64,000 nt of DNA, taken from Tubulanus polymorphus. Taxonomy: Eukaryota; Animalia; Nemertea. A program made the translations under genes and the position numbers. This document shows positions 39,031 through 51,583 of this stretch, in pieces. How positions within the stretch are numbered: the stretch's first letter is position 1; each line of letters starts with the position of its first letter. The stretch lies in assembly GCF_964204645.1 (NCBI RefSeq), contig NC_134029.1, forward strand, positions 24,236,950-24,300,949, given 5' to 3'. A model generated the notes under the pieces. The model did not search any database. It was not told where the DNA came from and saw only the letters and a program-made list of their open reading frames with translations.

Positions 39031-41608
39031 TTACGATGGAATAATATTAGTTTTGATTAGTTGAAGACGTGTTTTTTCACGAGTTGCTCTTGGTTGTTTG
39101 AACTGGTTACTGTTAGCGATCGGGTTTAATTTCAGGTGTAGAAGTTTCAATTGATTGAATGTTCCAGGTTTTAATTGATACACTCTCATCCGACTGATAG
39201 AACCGTTCTCCCTCAGTGATCGGTACGCCACGAATTTACTCGTCAAACTTTCGTCGAACTGCGGAAGAAAAATGCGGTTAGAAAATCATAGATTCTAAAC
39301 TAAATTTACGAGAAGGAATCGGATATTGTAAGAGTTTTCTCAGGCGTGTCGAACTCAGCTCTCCCGTACCATACTCCCGACATTAGGTGGCGTTTGTCAA
39401 TCAGTGATGGGGACCCATCGTTACATAACAACAACAACAAAATCAGGAAACTTCGACTTTTTATCATGTCAGTTATTGCGTTTGCCAACCAATATAGCGT
39501 GAGATCGAATGAGACAGTTATGACCGGAAATTGATTACCTTCATTTTTTGCTCAGTTGTCAATACAGAGGTTCCTTGTATTTCGATAAACAACACGTAAA
39601 ACCTGATCTTATCATCATTATTGTCTGTTCGTAAAAAAAAGAAAAATGTGCTTGCATACATAAACTAACAACCTCTCAAATTAGAAAACTGTATTTTTGT
39701 AGAATAAATGAAAATTTGTAGAATAATTAAGAAATATCTTTTCTTTAGACTTTTGCCTTTTCTAAGGACCAAATCTTATCGTCTCTTTTATACTTACCCT
39801 CACCGGTAATCGCTTGCCAGTGCGTGTTTTCAGTAGCCGTATAATTGACCAATTCGACGTCAGATAATTCGTCTATAGCGCCCTCTATCGCTGATTGAAA
39901 TACTGTCTCTGGTACTTTCTCCCATAATACATTCAGTAGATCACCCGCTCTAAAAAAGAGATCAAGAGAGATCACGTGATCAGTGCTTCACTAAATTGAT
40001 CGGATCCAAATTGGCAATCTGGAAAATGCGAGACTTTTCCAAATAAAAGACAACAAGATTCACCGCGTGATTTTAACGGTACGAAGTAATGAGGAGTTCG
40101 CTGTTGATATTTACCTGCCCTGCATGAGTAGAATAGGTAACTGATTCCAGTAACCAGTCACTCTAACCTGATCACCAGTTCTATATCTATAGATGCCAAA
40201 CAATCCACTGCTTACTAATTCATATTCTTCATCTTCTACGAGCTAGAACGGAAAATTGAGATTATCAATTCAATCAAAAATACATTAAAAACCTGAATAT
40301 ATTTACATAATCATTCGAATTACCGATACGCACCTGATGAGCGAGCACTGTGATTGGTTCAGGCTTGTCACGTTCATCACGTGGTATGAATTCGAAGAAT
40401 TGTAGCGATAACATCGGAACGTAATGACCAGATGGAACCTCGGGTATTTTAACTCCATGAAACCCTTCCGTTGCGCCATAGCACACCGACTCCATGGCCA
40501 CAGAGTCGTTCAAATACTTGGTTTTTGTTACTGATGACAAGTATGTAAAAGCACCGCTTGTAACTTGACTGACCATTTGCAACCCGGGCCAAACACGACT
40601 GAGCAATTTATCAAACCCTTTACTAAACTCCGCTCGAAGGATGTCAGCTCGCAGCGGGTCCGGCCAAAGGTCACGGACGATTTGACGACGAATATCGGGT
40701 TCAATGTCAAGGTTATCGGTCAGAGCGCCCGTTTCGATATCGTCACAGATTTCCGACCAGCGCGTCTCGATCGTTTTCAGAAAGCTGACGAGAACAGTCG
40801 GGTATGAGCCTTGTATGAATTGTAGTTCAGATTCTTGAAGCGCAACACGAGCCAGGATATACATCAGTACCGATTCCTCCAGCGGGTGTCCGCGAATACA
40901 TTCTGGTTTTATCGTAAACGGCTGTTCACCGATCAACATCAAGATACCACCGATCTGTTTCCCAAAACGGTTTAATTTCGGTTTGCTCCCAACTTGAACA
41001 TCTAATAATTTCCGTAGTTGAATTCTCGCTGTAATGCCGTGTTGATATTCGATGTATCTGTCCATATATCTGAAGTAGATCATGTTCTTGTGCCAGGCAT
41101 CCTTACTGTAGGCTAGATACTTATTGAGACCAGTGGTACCCGACGCCGTGCCATACATGGCAGCTTTACCCGAGACGACCAGGTCCCCGGCGTCAGTTTC
41201 CATCATTCTATCGATCAAAGCCCTGTAATCCTCGTACGTAGACAGCGGCACCTGGCGTCGATATTGCTCAACGTTACTTATTTCTGCGAATTTATATTTA
41301 CGACCATATTCGGTATTTCGAGCTTCGTTAACGAGATTTAGCAGAAACTGTTGCTGCTGTTTGGCGACGTCTGAAGATTGACGAATGAACTCCTGATATT
41401 TCCACCTCCCGATGGTCAGTATACGGATGACGAATATGTACTGTAAGATCAGACTCGTCCACGAGTGAGACTCGCTTGGATCACGACTCCTCATATCACG
41501 TATTATAGCAGTTATCAGCATAAGCGTGGAGCAAACAATACCTGAATTAAAGATATATAGAGTTGATGTAATCCAATTAAACCAAATTTCAACCGAAAAG
41601 GATTTCAT
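39031..41608 (-). CDS. GHDC: GH3-family adenylate-forming acyl-acid amido synthetase-like protein (GHDC-like), ~622 aa
   Basis: Exons 41608-40334, 40242-40115, 39949-39798, 39624-39539, 39258-39031, phase-consistent. GH3 motifs PLSTYEDY, TASGTTG, YGATEG, FFEFIP, YRYRTGD, QFKQPR, plus a hydrophobic N-terminus. Start codon and orthology to vertebrate GHDC are not proven. Confidence 0.88.
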
Positions 41609-42087
41609 TGAAGTATTTATATACAAAGAATTGACACCTATTGACCCACTAACATCGTGGTAACCCCCCAAAATACTAAAATAAAGCGAAACTGATTCAT
41701 ACGAATACTCTTACGGGTTGAAGGTGTTCCAACCCGCGGGAGTAGTTAGTTACCTGTAGAAATGTTAGTCAAGTTCCATCCTGAGTGACAAACATTGTTC
41801 ACTAACCAGTAAAATACAGCAATACTGGTCAAAAGAAACACGTTCCCTAAGATATACAACTTCATCTTCATCCCAGACATCTCTATAGTTTCAGTGCTAG
41901 ATTAGTGGAATACACCCTAAAATCGTTTACAGCCTTGGCTATGTGGCACCTGGGAATTTACAAAACAACCTGCTGTCTATGAAAATTTTATTACCATTTG
42001 CATTGCTAAATTAGGATAATGTTATCAAAAACGGAAAGCGAATGAACGACCCATTTTCCGAGTCACGTATTTCATATATTGATCGCC

Positions 42088-42385
42088 TTTTAACGGAAAC
42101 AGGTTTTTACAATGTTAAACTGAATTCACTTTTAACGGAAACAGGTTTTTACAATGTTAAACTGAATTCACTTTTAACGGAAACAGGTTTTTACAATGTT
42201 AAACTGAATTCACTTTTAACGGAAACAGGTTTTTACAATGTTAAACTGAATTCACTTTTAACGGAAACAGGTTTTTACAATGTTAAACTGAATTCTCTTT
42301 TAACGGAAACAGGTTTTTACAATGTTAAACTGAATTCACTTTTAACGGAAACAGGTTTTTACAATGTTAAACTGAATTCACTTTA
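42088..42385. repeat. 42-bp minisatellite, 7 copies
   Basis: Unit ttttaacggaaacaggtttttacaatgttaaactgaattcac. Confidence 0.95.
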
Positions 42386-42659
42386 ACTATCGAAAACGCG
42401 CATTTCTAAAACGCGTTTACAAATCTGAATGATACAGTCACAACAACACTATCACTAAACTCAAATTGGAGTAGCCATTTATCAGCTACAGCACAGATGT
42501 TACCCTAATTTTTCGTGACTTTTTAAGGTAGGCCTTCATTTGATTTCATAATTGAGTGTCTCATGATTATGATTTCTATGTCCCTGTTACACTATAATTT
42601 CTACATCTTTCAGATGTGCGAAAATGTATGAATGAATTCAAAATTTTTCAAGATTTCCA

Positions 42660-42864
42660 TTTCAGGTGGATACCAATTTACCTTCGTGATATGCACAATT
42701 TAAGAGTCGATTCACCAGCTGTTTTATACAAGGCATTCATGAATGGTCATCATCACACTGCAAGTCGTACTGGGAAACCGTTTACAGCTGTGTCTACAGA
42801 TATACCATCAGAACAAACACTGAACAGGGGTGCAAAATCAAATGGGGGTTTGATAGGAAAATGA
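42660..42864 (+). mobile_element. Decayed DNA-transposon transposase-like fragment (possibly Academ-related)
   Basis: RWIPIYLRDMHNL..P...F..G...TD...EQTLNR..K..GGLIG resembles a motif recurrent in invertebrate transposase-like proteins. Superfamily uncertain. Confidence 0.45.
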
Positions 42865-43339
42865 GGAGACCGTGTTGGAAGGTAAATTTTGATTGTGTGT
42901 GAAGGCATTTCGAGTAGGCCTATGACATGAATTTGTATTGTTTATCTTATGTTTCTCAGTATGAGACTAAAATCTAATTGACATACCAATTGAAAGATTT
43001 ATATTGATGGAACATAACAGGACATGACATGATCTGTGTTTATGATCAAAGGCTTTATCGGTTTCTCTATTTGTTGATTTAATTATATTTTATCACCTTT
43101 TAAGTGAATGCAGTGAAGAGGTATAGGGCATTAAATTATCAAAAATTATGTCAAAACCAAGATAGAAACATTTAAAACTGATGAAAATATATTCAAAGTT
43201 TGATTATTTAAGAATTTTATTTCTTCTCAATTTTAACGTTTCTACATCTGGTATGAATTCAAATTTAGACCTAAATAATAATTCAACAGATTCGACAGAA
43301 AATAAGGATTGAAAATAACTGGTGACTCTTTCTTGGCGG

Positions 43340-43746
43340 TTAGCATCTATGACCTTGACAATAGTTCTCGCAGTATTCAAAACACGAATCAGGGAATGGA
43401 CTTAAAGAACATCCCCCATCTTGAGTGCATTTCATAAAACACTCGTCGCATTTGCCTCTCTTCGTCACAACCGCCATTCCATCTGTCATATCAACCATCA
43501 TTACAAGTGTACCAATTAACAATATCAATGATAATATCTGAAAAATATACATACAATTCAAAAGTCAACAAAAATCGATTCGCGACTGGCGGCCCGAAAT
43601 AATTTCTCTACCAGACAAATCCAACCATGACTTAAACATTCGTGAAATTTAAACCAGAGCCCCGGATGATTAAAGTAATTTACATGTGAACTGTTAAACA
43701 CAAGACCTGTGAAACGCCGAATTATTTGACCTACCTTTTTCGACAT
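43340..43746 (-). CDS. Small secreted Cys-rich prepropeptide (toxin/antimicrobial-like), 69 aa
   Basis: Exon 1 43746-43735 (ATG TCG AAA AAG|GTAGGT), exon 2 43537-43340 (TTTTTCAG|). Encodes MSKKILSLILLIGTLVMMVDMTDG-MAVVTKR-GKCDECFMKCTQDGGCSLSPFPDSCFEYCENYCQGHRC*. AATAAA on the minus strand at ~43216-43221. Confidence 0.85.
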
Positions 43747-44256
43747 TTTTCAGATCGACCAGAGTTTAGTTTGCTCTCAAAACTAATGAACCTACGAGGA
43801 AACCGAACCTTTATTTCATATCTACACGTGCTGTTCGCACGATTAGCGTGCATTTTTGTGTGATAAAGTTTTTTTTAATCATGATTAATCATGATTAATC
43901 ACAGTTGTATAAATATCTATATCAGTATTTTCAAATAGAAATCTACTGTTAGGGTTTATTTGACAAGTTGTAGAAATGAACTTATGGATTTGTGGCGGTT
44001 GATTTTTTAATTCTTGAAGGTAGTTCTGATGAGACTTGTCATATCTGTTATGTCTGTGCGTACTTTAGCCTTAACTCGAAGCGGATAAAATGAAAAAGGA
44101 AATTAGCGGAATTAGATGACAACGAATGATGTTGGTAACAATGGTGACGGGTGGTTACGAATTCTGGAATTCATATCGAAAGGTCACCACACATTCTACG
44201 CAACTTTCGCTTCTCGCGAGGACAACTTGTAAACTGTGGATGGTCTCGAGGAAATC

Positions 44257-46165
44257 ATGGCCATCCTGAAGTTCCTCCTAATCGTTGCCGTTGTCTTCGT
44301 GACATTCAATATGATTTCGTCGAGTGAAATGCCACCGACTGAACCAGAAAGTCGTTCTATCGAGAAACCGAAGGGTTATTATGCCAGTGAACCAGAAAGT
44401 GAATCAACGCCTGAACCAGAAGGCGAAGGTACTCCGGAACCATTTAAAGAACGACTGCCTTCAGATGCCCAGATTTTAGTACCCCCTATCATACTAGTTG
44501 TAGCTATAGGCATTGGTATGTATAATCTATTTAGAACTCTGTTTTATATTGGTGGAACATAAGAAACAAAGGTTTCTTATGTTTACAACTACGCTGTGTA
44601 GTAGTAAACATAAAAAACGTTGGATGTATTCTCAAGATTTATTCATGTTTTTCTCTAGCATTATTCCTTTTATCGTCATTGAACCAAAAACATGTTTGCT
44701 GTAAAAAGAAACCAATGGAAGAAGGTGGATTGAGGACGGACAGTATCGTCGTGTCTGAGGAGGGAAAAAGATACGAAGAGACTGTGTTAAACGATTTTGA
44801 TTTAGAAGTTATGAATTCCTTGAAGACTTTCTACAACACGCCGCATGAATTACTAAGAATCGCGATACCGGCGCTTATATCCCTCGCTCTGTGTCCGTTG
44901 ACATTATACCTCCATCCCGTATTGGTGAAGGTTTTCTGGCCACCGTCTGAGTTTCCCGAATTACCAAATATCAACGATGCCATTGGCTGTTTCCTCATGC
45001 CGGCCGGTCTGGTTTACGCTACTTCGTTCGGTTTCGCTTTTCAATCGGCTTTGAACAAACAATATGAAATATATAACCGAATTACCTCCGAACTGTCTCT
45101 GATAGATCAAATCGTAACCCTCACAACGAAATTAGCCGTTTCCAGTAAAGAGGTCGGACTCGATATACTGAAAGCGGCGAAAGCTGAAGCCATATTTATG
45201 GTTCTACAAATTACTGATAACGAACCAGAAGATTTCAAACACAAACCAGTAGAAAATATCAAAGGTAACCAATAATATCGACGCTTCTTATATTTCTGAA
45301 GCTAATAAACTTTTTAAAAGATTGCACGTTCATTTCAGGAATAGTTTTTTTTTCAAGACTAGCAGCCTTTTATGCCTTAGGCCTTAACATCTATTTTTTT
45401 CAGTTGAGATCTGGTCGGTCATCGATAAACTGAAAACTCTGACTCCGATACATGACAATTTCGATGAAGTTGTCAATCGAATTCTCGTTGAGAAAATTAC
45501 AACGCACATCATGCAATTAAACAGCATCTGTTCAGACCGGATGGGCGCTTGGCACATGCGCATACCGCCGTTAAAGTAAGAAGAAACATTAAAAACAGCA
45601 AACTGTTTTTGATCGTTAAATAGGGATTGACCCTGTTATTTATCTAATTGGTAGATTTCGTTTGATTTTGGTTTTGAATTCGTGTCTCTTCCCAACCCAC
45701 CACACCTGCCGGGAGCGAAACGGGGGTTAGATATTGAAATCGGAAATCGAAGTCGTGATCGGCGGTTGAATTTACAGAATTTCTATTTTTTTGGGGTCTG
45801 CCAGACTTAAGGAAAAATCATAACTTTTTATTTTTTTATTTTTTTTTAGGTGGATGTTTCTAGAAACTCTTGGTTTCTTCAGCTTTTTCGGAGTTTTGTT
45901 GCTGACCACGGAATCATACATTCTTGAACTGTCAATGTGCATCATCACTGTGTTCAGTATCTCACTACTTTGTTACGTTGTGTCCGACTTTGATTCGCCG
46001 TTCAGCGGATTTTTCCGCGTAGATTTGGGCGTGCTCGATGACGTCATCACCCGTATCGACGAGATGTACAAACTGAAGTCACGTGGTGATGAGACGATCT
46101 GGTACTATCCGGCGAAGAAAAAACCTGAAAGTCTCTTCACAAGATGCATATCTAAATTCAAATAA
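44257..46165 (+). CDS. Acidic-ectodomain + DUF4239/bestrophin-like membrane protein, copy 1 (~450 aa)
   Basis: Exons 44257-44515, 44659-45264, 45404-45575, 45850-46165 (phases 1,1,2). Signal peptide, EPE-rich stalk, TM, CC-KKK, then four hydrophobic helices with GLVYATSFGFAF, DRMG...IPPLKW and DFDSPFSG. Confidence 0.85.
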
Positions 46166-46510
46166 ATCAGTGACAATTCTTGTTGTTATTTACGAAAAGC
46201 CATTATTAGCAAATTACCTTTAACATGGAAAGATTGATTGCAAATTTGTGGATATTAAAAGCAGTTTCGATGAGTTATTTGTTCTTGTGTTGTTTTTATT
46301 ATTTATTGACGGATTTGAGGTTAGCCAAGTGTTGAATATTATTGTTCCGAATGACCATTTGTTGTCTGAAAAGAATGAATTTTCTGAGAAATCATGTTGG
46401 TAACAATGGTGACGGGTGGTTACAAATTCTGGAATTCCGAAAGGTCACCACACATTCTACACAGTTCAACTCTCGTTAATTGTGCAATTGTGAGGGATAT
46501 CGAGGAAATC

Positions 46511-48164
46511 ATGGCCATCCTGAAGTTCCTCCTAATCGTTGCCGTTGTCTTCGTGACATTCAATATGATTTCGTCGAGTGAAATGCCACCGACTGAACCA
46601 GAAAGTCGTTCTATCGAGAAACCGAAGAGTTATTATGCCAGTGAACCAGAAAGTGAATCAACGCCTGAACCAGAAGGCGAAAGTACTCCGGAACCATATG
46701 CAGAACAACGACCTGCAGATTACCAAATATTAGTTCCACCTATCCTATTGATGGTAGTTATAGGCATTGGTATGTATAATTTTCTGTTAATCGATACTGT
46801 CAGTATAAGTGGGCCTATATAGGCGGCTAATAGGCTGTATTTTCGAACATTTTTCTAGCACTATTCATTCTATCGTCATCGAATCATAAACGTGTCTACT
46901 GTAAAAAGAAGTCAATCGAAGACAACGATGAGATCGCAACGCCAATAGAAATGGTTTATTCGAAAAAAGATTCGTTGGAGGGGGAAACTGATGGTGGATT
47001 GAGGACGGGCAGTATCGTCGTGTCTGAGGAGGGGAAACGGTACGAAGAGACTGCGTTAAACGATTTTGATTTAGAGGTTATTAATTCCTTGAAGACCTTT
47101 TACAATGTGCCTTCGGAATTGTTAAGAATCGCTTTACCGGCGCTTATATCCCTCGCTTTATGTCCTATTACTTTGTATCTTTACCCCCCGTTGGTGAGGA
47201 TTTTCTGGCCACCGTCAGACTTCACGCGAATCCCGGACATCAACGACGCTATCAATTGCTTCCTGGCACCGGCCGGTCTGGTTTACGCTACTTCGTTCGG
47301 TTTCGCTTTTCAATCGGCTTTGAACAAACAACACGAGATATACAACCGAATCACCTCCGAACTGTCTCTGATAGATCACATTGCGACCCTGGCATCGAAA
47401 CTAGCAGTACCCACGAAGCAAGCAGGACTCGATATACTGAAAGCGGTGAAAGCTGAAGCCATATTTATGGTTCTACAAATTACTGATAACGAACCAGAAG
47501 ATTTCAAACATAAACCCGAGGAAGATATCAAAGGTAAGTATCCTATTTAGATTCCTATTACACGTTTTCACTCTGGTCTTTATCACTGAAATATTTTGAT
47601 TTTTTTCCAGTTAAGATTTGGTCAATTATCGACGTTTTGAAAACATTGAAGCCGGAAAATGGTTTTGATGAAGCTGTCAATAGAGTTCTCGTTCAGGATA
47701 TTATTACAAATATCATGGTATTAAACAGCATCTGTTCAGATCGGATGGGCGCTTGGCACAGGCGCATTCCACCGTTAAAGTATGTATAAATTTCAATCGT
47801 CTAAAGGCAATTTTTCTTAGAAAATTCTAATCTAAAAAACCATGTTTTCAGGTGGATGTTCCTGGAAGCTCTTGGCTTCTTCAGTTATTTCGGAGTTCTG
47901 TTGCTGACCACAAAATCGTACATTCTAGAACTGGTGATGTGCGTCATCACTGTGTTCAGTATCTCACTACTCTGTTACGTTGTGTCCGACTTTGATTCGC
48001 CGTTCAGCGGATTTTTCCGCGTAGATTTGGGCGTGCTCGATGACGTCATCACCCGTATCGACGAGATGTACAAACTGAAGTGTCGTGACGACGAAACGAT
48101 CTGGTACTATCCGGCGAAGAAAAAGCCCGAACGTTTCTTCACTAAATGTCTCTCCAAGTTCTAA
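46511..48164 (+). CDS. Acidic-ectodomain + DUF4239/bestrophin-like membrane protein, copy 2 (~471 aa)
   Basis: Exons 46511-46769, 46859-47533, 47611-47779, 47852-48164, same phases. Confidence 0.85.
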
Positions 48165-48832
48165 TAACCATATATTTCACACCGGATTACGTTTCCTAAA
48201 ATAAACGACGCAAACAAGATGTTTTTTTTTAACGAGGGAGTACCACAGGGATATATTGTAAGGGTGGCCTAATGCATGTCTTATCGGTTCGAATATTATA
48301 CATAACTATTTCTATTATACATTAACTAAATCGATCTAATAAAACAAATTTGATTTAAAATTTGAAAATAATTTATCTTTTATTTATTTTAATAAGACAG
48401 AAGTGAAGAGACACAGAGTAAGTCTCAACACAAAACATTCGTGCTTATTTTACATATCAAATGTTCAAATAACAATGTCGTGTGGCGAATGCAAGAATGG
48501 GGCAGGGAATGGCTCAAAGGAGTTATAATTCATTACTGGGAACATGGACGTATAAACTAGTTTAGTTGATACGTCCATACTGGAAGTCAGTGTGCCAGTA
48601 TCGTGATGTATTGTATTTCTGGTTATTAGTGAGCGACAATGGATGCAAACAGTGACAGCAGGTTCAGAACTGTCTTCTCACATTCAACACTTGTAATTAA
48701 TAAATTCCCAAAGACAAAGAAACGAATGATTATTGATGATAATCTGGACTTCATGTTATTGACTGGTCATTACTGTAGACAGCACTAGTGAGTTCAGTTT
48801 GTAAGTGATGATATCTTAGCTCTCCGCTGAAA

Positions 48833-51092
48833 ATGGCCATCTTGAAGTTACTATTCGTTTTAGTATTGTTCACTGAATTTAATATGATTTCTACGAGTAC
48901 CTCAGCTCCGGAAAGTGAATCACCGGCAGAACCAGAAAGTGAATCAGCAACTGAACCAGAAAGTGAATCAGCAGCTGAACCAGAAAGTGAATCAACAACT
49001 GAACCAGAAAGTGAATCAACAACTGAACCAGAAAGTGAATCAGCAACTGAACCAGAAAGTGAATCAACAACTGAACCAGAAAGTGAATCACCTTCTGAGC
49101 CGGAAAGTGAATCAGCAGCTGAACCGGAAAGTGAATCACCGTCTGAACCAGAAAGTGAACCAACAACTGAACCAGAAAGTGAATCAGCAACTGAACCAGA
49201 AAGTGAATCAGCAACTGAACCAGAAAGTGAATCAGCAACTGAACCAGAAAGTGAATCAGCAACTGAACCAGAAAGTGAATCAGCAACTGAACCAGAAAGT
49301 GAATCAGCAACTGAACCAGAAAGTGAATCACCGTCTGAACCAGAAAGTGAATCAACTCCTGAGGTTTATGCGGAGCAAAGACCTTCTGATTTCCAGATAC
49401 TAGCGCCTCCTGTGATGTTGATGTTGGTTATTTGTATTGGTAAGTTACTCTTATTTTACTTGAGAGAATTCCTTGTAATCCAGTTCTTCAACTTCCTTTC
49501 TCTTTTCTTTTGATTACTAGCATTATACATTCTATCGTTATGCAACCAAAAAACAACTTGCTGTAAAAACAAAGAAGCTGAAGTCATAAACTGCAATCAA
49601 GTTTCGCCGATAGAAACAGTTCACTCGGAACAGTACCATGTAAATTCCAAATCGTTCCTGCGAGAAAACGTCGACTGCGGCGCCGGTAAAATGAAGGCGC
49701 ACAGCATCACAGTTCAGACTGAAGAGACATCACAAACACACGGAGTATTGAGTCATTTTGATTTAGAGGTTATTGAATCCTTACAAACATTCTATAACGG
49801 TCCTTCTGAATTGTTAAGAATCGCTTTACCGGCGCTTATATCCCTCGCTCTATGTCCTATTACTTTGTATCTTTACCCCCCGTTGGTAAGGATTTTCTGG
49901 CCACCGTCTAAATTTCCCCAAGTACCGAACATCAACGATGCTATCGGTTGCTTCCTGGCACCAGCCGGTCTGGTTTACGCGACATCCTTCGGTTTCGCTT
50001 TTCAATCGGCTTTGAGCAAGCAACATGAAATATATACCCGAATTACCTCCGAACTGTCTCTGATAGATCAAATCGTAACATTGACAACTAAACTGGCAGT
50101 TCCGAGTAAAGAGGTCGGACTCGATATACTGAAAGCGGTGAAAGCTGAAGCCATATTTATGGTTCTTCAAATTACTGATAACGAACCAGAAAACTTCAAA
50201 CATAAACCCGAGGAAGATGTCAAAGGTAAAGAAAGGGAGATATGTAAATCTATTTTTTCCCTTTTTAACGAATTACGAAGGTAGGGTCTAAAAATGCGAT
50301 GCATTCTAATTTTCAGTTAAGATCTGGTCGGTCATTGACAATCTGAAAAAGTTGAAACCAAACAAAGATAATTTTGACGAGGTCGTCAATCGAATTCTAG
50401 TCGAGGAAATAATTGGTCACATAATGGAACTAAACAGTATCTGTTCAGATCGGATGGGCGCTTGGCACACACGCATTCCACCGTTAAAGTATGTATCTCG
50501 TTTTTAAGAATTATGTCATAACTTACCAATGTCTCCAATATATATTCATTGAACAAAAGTCTTTGAATCGAAAGACAAAAAAACTTTGATGGTATAATAT
50601 GATAGTTTATTATCTAATTAAAAGTCAACAACCGCAACTAAGTCAACTGGTGATAACTTCATGGTCACCGTCACCTTTTTCGATATAGTATTCACTTTCT
50701 ACTAGTTAAACCATAATATAAAACGATTTGTAAAAGTTAATAAACACATTCTCTTAGTTAGAACTTTGTTCTCTTTTCATAGGTGGATGTTTCTGGAAAC
50801 TCTTGGCTTCTTCAGTTTTTTCGGAGTTTTGTTGCTGACCACAAAATCGTACATTCTAGAACTGGTGATGTGCGTCATCACTGTGTTCAGTATCTCACTA
50901 CTCTGTTACGTTGTGTCCGACTTTGATTCGCCGTTCAGCGGATTTTTCCGCGTAGACCTAACCGTACTCGATGACGTCATCACCCGTATCGACGAGATGT
51001 ACAAACTGAAGTCACGTGACGACGAAACGATCTGGTACTATCCGGCGAAGAAAAAAACAAAAAATTTCTTCAAAAAATATCTCTTCGAATAG
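48833..51092 (+). CDS. Acidic-ectodomain + DUF4239/bestrophin-like membrane protein, copy 3 with 19 EPESESxx repeats (~597 aa)
   Basis: Exons 48833-49439, 49521-50225, 50317-50488, 50783-51092, same phases. Confidence 0.85.
48905..49360 (+). repeat. Coding 24-bp tandem repeat, 19 copies (EPESESAT)
   Basis: Unit gaaccagaaagtgaatcagcaact. Confidence 0.95.
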
Positions 51093-51583
51093 CATGGTTA
51101 TTTTTTCACAATACTGGACATTCTTTCTACGGCAGAAATCCACCTCATTGAGATATGTTGTGTCTTTTTCACGTTATGAACCGGTTTTTGGTTTTCTGGT
51201 AACTGCCTGCTTTCCCAAATCTCTAAAAGCGAGTGTATTCATCTTAACTGCGATATAGGTTACAAATAAAAATCCATCTGCTCTCTGGCTTTTTATCATC
51301 GTTTTACTCCGACTTCGTGAAAGTGTGGTTCCAGCAGTGGAGTTTTGTTCTCCCATCATTTTGTCATGTCGAATTAGGTTAAAACATATCCTGGAAAATA
51401 CAGATGAAGTTTTTTTGTTGTTGTTGCACTATCAAACCGGATTACAATGACCCTCATTTACTAATCACGCAATGAAGCTGTCGATGTTGTAAGCAAGCTG
51501 ATATACTTGTTCATGCCCTGTGTGTGTGTAGTGAACGAGAGATTATCATTTTTTGGTGATTTGGAGTCGATTTTTGTAAGACG

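Noticed and set aside
48891-49403. Alternative-frame ORFs (IHFLVQLL)n and (NQKVNQQL)n
   Set aside because: Shadows of the 24-bp coding repeat. Only the EPESES frame has a signal peptide, a TM, a phase-compatible donor and paralog support.
44257-51092. Bacterial contamination or recent HGT explaining the DUF4239-like and GH3 genes
   Set aside because: Both have canonical spliceosomal introns and host-like composition and are contiguous with metazoan genes. Ancient transfer cannot be judged without phylogeny.
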